Shown here: piece by piece, positions 58,001 through 64,000 of the stretch
Position numbering within the stretch: position 1 is the stretch's first letter
Layout of the letters: each line of letters opens with the position of its first letter
Assembly: GCF_006345805.1 (NCBI RefSeq)
Contig: NC_043003.1
Coordinates: forward strand, 81,902,001-81,966,000
Length of the DNA: 64,000 nt
Reading direction: 5' to 3'
From: Octopus sinensis
Taxonomy: Eukaryota
Position numbers and translations under genes: made by a program
Notes under the pieces: generated by a model
Database searches by the model: none
What the model was told of the DNA's origin: nothing
What the model saw: only the letters and a program-made list of their open reading frames with translations

Positions 58001-59899
58001 TAAATTTAGTTGGAGGACTTTTGTGTCATCTGAAGAAGAGACACTTTTCAAGTACAAAATATGAAGAATCGGATATATATATTAACGTATTCATCATTAG
58101 AAAAAGGCAGTGCATTAGTAAATGCAAGTACGCATAAAATATACTTAAACTCTCGTTTATTCATTTCCTTATAGATTATAAATACAGAAAGCTTATTAAG
58201 CATACTTCATTGAAATGAGCTACTTAACAATAAGTAACCTCACTAAAATAATGTATTTTTTAACAGTAGAAAATCATAAATAAGGTAAAGTATTATAATC
58301 GCACCAACAGCAATACCAATATTTGTCACTGCCATGATATATATTTACCTTACCTTTGTCCACTGGAAGATTAGTATTTCCATTATATATTCTAAAACTA
58401 ATTTCTATACGAAAGGCGTTAATTTCATAAGATTAATTTTTAACCAATTCAAATTGAGATTCTCTCTACAAAAATATACATTTAGATATATCATGAGTGA
58501 ATAGGATGTATCAATTCCCCGATATTTCTCAGCTGGAGTCTAAGAACTTATTACCTAATATCTCATGATACGACTTATTTGTTGCATAAATAATATTCAT
58601 TAGTTTCCATGAATACAACATCCTAGCAAAGAAGCATAAGGAGACGAAGCTAACATTACACAGTATTAATCTCTTCCTAAGTATACGAAATGGCTTTCTT
58701 TAAAATATCTTGTTAATTAATCGCCTGCATATACTTCGAACCATAAAAATATCAATATGCCACTTTTAATCAAGTCTGTAATGATATCAGAGTAACCGAT
58801 CCTAATCCACAACCCAACCTTTCATTACATACCATGCATTAATACAAACAGTATATTAATCTACGTTCCACAGACACGTTTCTGGCAAACCATGGCTACA
58901 CAACTACCTGCACTGGTCTCGAGCCTCATACACCTAAAATTTATTCCTCTCCTCTAACGATAGGAAATGCTTAATATTTTAAGATATAACCATAGAAACC
59001 TCAAAGATGATTATAATTATACCACGGATATAAAGTTTCGATCCAACTTATTATGAAATTATGATCTCAGTACGATGAGAGCGGTAATTATCCACCTTAC
59101 CGTCGAAGGGAATGTTCAGCTCAACAGCAGTGCTATCGTATCACACATCCAGTACTCTTCCACCCTTGACAAAACCCAATGTCACAGAATCTATCAGTAT
59201 TGTGATATACCAAAGCCAAATACTATGCTTATATAACGATTAGCTTTGAAGTTATTGTCAGAGATTAACGTGACAAATGAGTTTTGCTTTGGTCTGTGAT
59301 ATTTCAGTGAACAATCAACAAAACTTCTTTCAATGAATATTTATTCACATGTATGGTTTCATGTTTTACTTAGAAGAGCAATGTTGCAGTATCTCGTTAT
59401 CAAACTTTCTAAATAATAGAACAAAATCTATTTTATTAGATTCCTGCTATTATACTATATGGCCACCTCGACTCATAAGAATCGGGTGACTATTTGACAC
59501 AATTTCGAAACCTGAAAACATATCATGTTTATCCTCTAATAGAATCATTACATCTATGTTTAAAGCAACTTCCTATTACAAAATATCATCTCTTGTATTC
59601 CGTTGCTTTCCATTGACGTATCCAACATCTTTCGCTAATTGACTTAGCAGAAAAGTTTTCCATTGTTTTCGTCTCTGACTTGACTTAAAATTAATTTTAT
59701 ATATCTTCGTGTTCTTACCGATGTGCAGTTAATGTATTTTCACATATACTTAGATCAAATTAAGAAAACACATTTCGAAGTAGAGTTTCCCGATATTTAA
59801 TCTAAGTTTAAAATGACATAAAAGTTAGAGGTATATCGGATTATGAGCAAGATTGCTATTCCTTGCGATTTTCATTTTTCTTTTTCAGAAGTAAGCGAT

Positions 59900-60075
59900 G
59901 ATTTCAAAGTTTGGCACAAGGCCAGTAATTTCGTGGGGTAGGATAGTCGATTACATCCACTTCAGTGCTTAACAGGTACTTATTTTATCGACGTCGAGAA
60001 GATGAAAGACAAAGTCGACCTCGGCAGAATTTGTATTCAGAATGTGAAGACGGACGAAATAATGCTCTATGTCGC
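59900..60075 (-). mobile_element. SINE fragment (ggcacaaggcc-tail variant)
   Basis: ttggcacaaggccag...gatgaaagacaaagtcgacctcggcagaatttg. Confidence 0.65.
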
Positions 60076-60180
60076 CTTATGAAGCACTAAATATTATTTG
60101 AAGTGCTCTCTTCTACGGAGCATATTCTGAAAATTAGTCATAAATGAATGTGAGTTTATATATATACATATGCATATACG

Positions 60181-60269
<89 letters not shown>

Positions 60270-60280
60270 TATACACATAT

Positions 60281-61413
60281 TTTGACTCGGTAAACCACCG
60301 CCTATTACTTGTCACGCTTCAAGCATATAGTTTCCATCCGGATATTGCACGATGGGTTGGTGCCTTCCTCTCAGATCGCTCCTTCCAAGTCCAAGTTAAT
60401 GGTTTGCGGTCCGACGTCTCCAGTGCGAGCAGTGGCGAGCCTCAAGGTTCAGTGCTTGGGCCCTTATTGTTCTTAGTCTTCATAAATGACTTGCTCGATG
60501 ACCTCACGCAACAAACCCTTCTATTTGCCGACGATGTCAAACTGGTCGCTCCTCGCGGTGATATAAAGGATCTTCGTCGATGCCTCCACCAAATTTGGAG
60601 ATGGTCTAACGAATGGGACCTGTGTCTGAACGTGTCAAAGTGCTGTCATTTGCCTGTTGGCTCTCCTCCTGCAAGTCAACTTGATTTCGAGCCGGGTCGT
60701 CTGCTGCTGGAGAGGACCGATCAGGTAAATGACCTGGGTATCTTGGTGAATTCCTCCATTCCGCCTTCGGCCCAGTGCGGCAATGCTGCCAACAAAGCAC
60801 GCGGAATTCTGTTCTTGATTCGACGGTCATTCGGAATGCTCACAGCAGCCATATTCCTACCGCTCTATGTCACGCTGGTGAGACCCATATTGGAGTACGG
60901 GATTCAAGCCTCTTCTCCTTATCTCCTCAAAGACATACAGCATCTCGAAAGAGTCCAGGAGCTGGTTACCCGCATGGTTCTTGGTCTCCAGAATTTGTCT
61001 TATGAAGAAAGGCTGAAGACGTTCGACCTTTATTCTCTAGAAAAACGACGACGCCGGGGAGATCTCATTCTTGCTCACAACATCATAAGCGGAAAGTGTA
61101 ACCTCTCGAATGAGCAGTTCTTCACTCCTGCTTCTGAGCGTCGGCTGCGGGGTCATTCATAAAAGCTCTATCTGCGACGATTCCATCTCAATCGAAGGAG
61201 AGGGGCTTTCTCCGTCCGGGTTGCGGATCCGTGGAATAAGCTGCCAGACGAGATATTGAAGATGCCGACGACAGCTCGGTCCAAAGTCTCCCTTGACCTC
61301 AAGTGGCCTCAAACTCTTTACATGAATACCACCCTGTACATAACTCCATGTCCCCCTACATGGCCTTGATTTTTGATTTTTGAGCCAAAACATTAACTAA
61401 CTAACTAACTAAC
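60281..61413 (+). mobile_element. 5'-truncated CR1-clade LINE (RT C-terminal half, 3' end, (CTAA)n tail) inserted in (TA)n
   Basis: FDSVNH, LSDRSFQV, SGEPQGSVLGPLLFL, LLFADDVKL, RPILEYG, LEKRRRRGDLI and LRGHS*KL...WNKLP. One in-frame TAA at 61160; tail aactaactaactaact. Confidence 0.9.
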
Positions 61414-61423
61414 ATATATATAC

Positions 61424-61487
<64 letters not shown>

Positions 61488-62165
61488 CATATATATACAC
61501 ACATATATATACTTATATATATACATATATATATACACATATATATACATATGTATATATATATATACTATATATATATATATATATATACATATGTATA
61601 TACATATATATACATACATACATACATATATATATATATAAATTCAAAAATGAGGGTGAAAAAATTAGATATTAATTTAATAATACCACTATTTTAACAC
61701 CAAGCGATCTAGCACCATACACTGGGGAGACAATACATATTTATCCGTAAATATAAGAGAGTTAACTTTACATAGGTTAACTCTAGTGCTAGAAATAGCT
61801 CCTCCGGTATAATCGCCGACGATAACTCCACATAGAAATACCACTACTCTCAACTTAAGGAAAGTGAAATACAACTAAAAAAATTGATTAATGTTGTACA
61901 ATTGTTTCTTTATCAACATAATAAGCAAATTATACTCACATATTCGTCTATAAATCTTCAGCAACATTTTCATCGATACAATTTATCAGACCCACACAGG
62001 CAACGATTACCCATGCGGTCTGATCGATTACATTCAGGGTTGTAGTTACAAATTCCCCGCCGAAAGCAAATGCTAAGACTTAGGAGGAGCTATTTCTAGC
62101 ACTAGAGTTAACCTATGTAAAGTTAACTCTCTTATATTTACGGATATATATATACATATATATGA

Positions 62166-62253
<88 letters not shown>

Positions 62254-62939
62254 CATGGGTGTGTATGATTGTGTAATTCCAACTTTGATTTTCCCGTTTT
62301 ATTTACAATAATATAATATAACATAATATAATGAAATGGTATACTATTTCATATCCATTCTGATTTAACTAGTACTTTCATGCATTAAACTATACAATCT
62401 GCAGGTTCATGTACTAGTGGTTACCGTTATGTTTTACAATTGACAACTATGCATAATATAGAGATATGTAGATCAATATGTAAACATGGAATTATAAGAA
62501 ATTCTGTCTAGTCCTACGCAAAGATACTTTTTTACTGCTCTGTAAATGGTATCCAGTTTTAAGTTCTATATCTTCAAACGTAAAAGAACCATGTAGTGCC
62601 TACGGAGTGACCTAAATTTAAAGGTACCAGTAGAAGAGACTTAGCATGTAAACGACATGACTAATGGTTTACGCCACGTTTCTCATATAAATGGCTCCTT
62701 TTTCGGTGTGACGAAGTTTCAGTGATTAGAAGAACAATCCATCCTAGATATAGATATAAGTGGTTTAAAAGACAAAGAAAACTTAATAAAGAAAGTGATT
62801 GTTAACGTTGTTTTCATCAACTTCCACATGTTGTAAAAATAAGAAGTAGGAGATCAGTTGACTGGGTCAGTATTATTGCTCATCTTGGGAAACAAATTTA
62901 CAATGTTAGTATATTGGTACGGGTTCACTTACAAATTAT

Positions 62940-63400
62940 AAAATGACAAATTTCCTGAGTATAAGAGCTGTGAATAAAATGGATACTGACAGGAATGTTA
63001 GCTTTCAAAAAGACAGCATACTTTATGAAGGTCATTATGAAGTTGTGGTACTGGGGAATTTGCCGAAAATTGTCTTTTTGTATGGAGTGGTATTTCGAAA
63101 TAAAAGCAAAACAAAACAAGACGCTGACAGGAACTGTGTTGATAATATCAACAGCAATACAGAGCTGTTGAGGGAAATTAAAAGCAAATGCATTCTGAAA
63201 ATCTACTATAAATTTTCTTGGAGGGGAGCAGCATACCTGGCTTCAATGAAGAATATCTGGTCGCCAATGAAATGTGTTTGCTTTCCTCATATGCTGGAAA
63301 TTTTCTTTACTGCTTTTAGAGAAGCAGAGTAATTGTGAGCGAGATACTTCTAGAATCTACGTGTGCAAGATATTTGGATTAGCTTCTATAATAGAATTGT
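62940..63400 (+). pseudogene. Decayed RT fragment (RTE-like)
   Basis: VSFQKDSI ~ VDFQKAFDSI; GNLPKIV ~ GIP.KIV; KCILK ~ QGCILSP; YAGN ~ YADD; KIFGL. Confidence 0.35.
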
Positions 63401-64000
63401 AGAGGAAGCCGGATAACTATTTTGGATCCGTCAAAATAAATCTAATTTTTTTCCGCCGCTGAACGTCTTCTTATCCTAGCAGTCCTTTTCTTGTGTATGT
63501 TCGTAGAATCCGATAGCATTAGCTGCGTCTTACTAATCACAATATAGTGTGAAGTCATTTATTGCGTTTCTCTTCATTACATGAATTTGATAGTTTCAGG
63601 TGGGAGGATTTGGTCATGTGTTATAATAAAAAAATATATATCCTTCAGTCACAGTTGTCATTTCTGTACTTTACCGCTAGTTCTGTGATTTGCCTTTATC
63701 TATTTCCCTTCTGCTCTATTGTTTGTCAGGTGTTAGCTATGTAGAACGTTTCATGTCATCGTTATTAAAAGACATTCCGTGACCTGATGTCTTAAAGCTA
63801 CATTTTAAACTTTCCATAGTTTACTGTTGATTTTGCCCTTGTCACATCACAAGTACTTTTTGTATGGAATTCGATAATTTTCGTGTTCTCTTAGTGTTTT
63901 GGAGCTTTTTGTGTAACATTTCCAGATTTCTTCACTAGGTAGTTCTTGAAGAAACGCTGTGGTTATTTTTTAACAATTTACTACTATCAGAATACTTCCT

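Noticed and set aside
58300-59200. Possible decayed I-clade LINE RNase H / C-terminal region
   Set aside because: Only vague resemblance; no motif could be read with confidence.
62943-63332. YEG motif as the next CA exon (YEGSLT.P.C)
   Set aside because: It reads YEGHY with no PxC/W motifs; better explained as a decayed RT. The next CA exon was not found in the window.

Overview
AT-rich, microsatellite-saturated eukaryotic DNA. The repeat families (tRNA-headed CORE-type SINEs, Dong/R4 LINEs, mariners) suggest an octopus/cephalopod genome; this is inference, not checked. The only host gene recognised is a + strand alpha-carbonic-anhydrase-related protein (CA10/CA11-like), seen as three small exons (20640-20831, 32228-32323, 52793-52862) in very large introns; its first and last exons were not found in the window. 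It has lost all three zinc-binding histidines. Most other recognisable sequence is mobile-element derived: one near-full-length (TAA)n-embedded Dong/R4 LINE, several truncated copies of two Dong subfamilies, a third RLE-LINE family tied to (TACA)n, a GC-rich CR1 fragment, decayed RTE and APE-RT LINEs, four mariner remnants, a long-TIR foldback element and many SINEs. The most interesting signals are: (i) a defined 555-bp non-coding element found twice directly behind a Dong 3' tail in (TAA)n; (ii) three Penelope-type minimal hammerhead-ribozyme-like motifs, one with a U3-A8 covariant core inside the foldback element; and (iii) apparent partitioning of microsatellite landing sites among retroelement families. 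Most short ORFs in the track are microsatellite or antisense artefacts. Coordinates of decayed elements are approximate.
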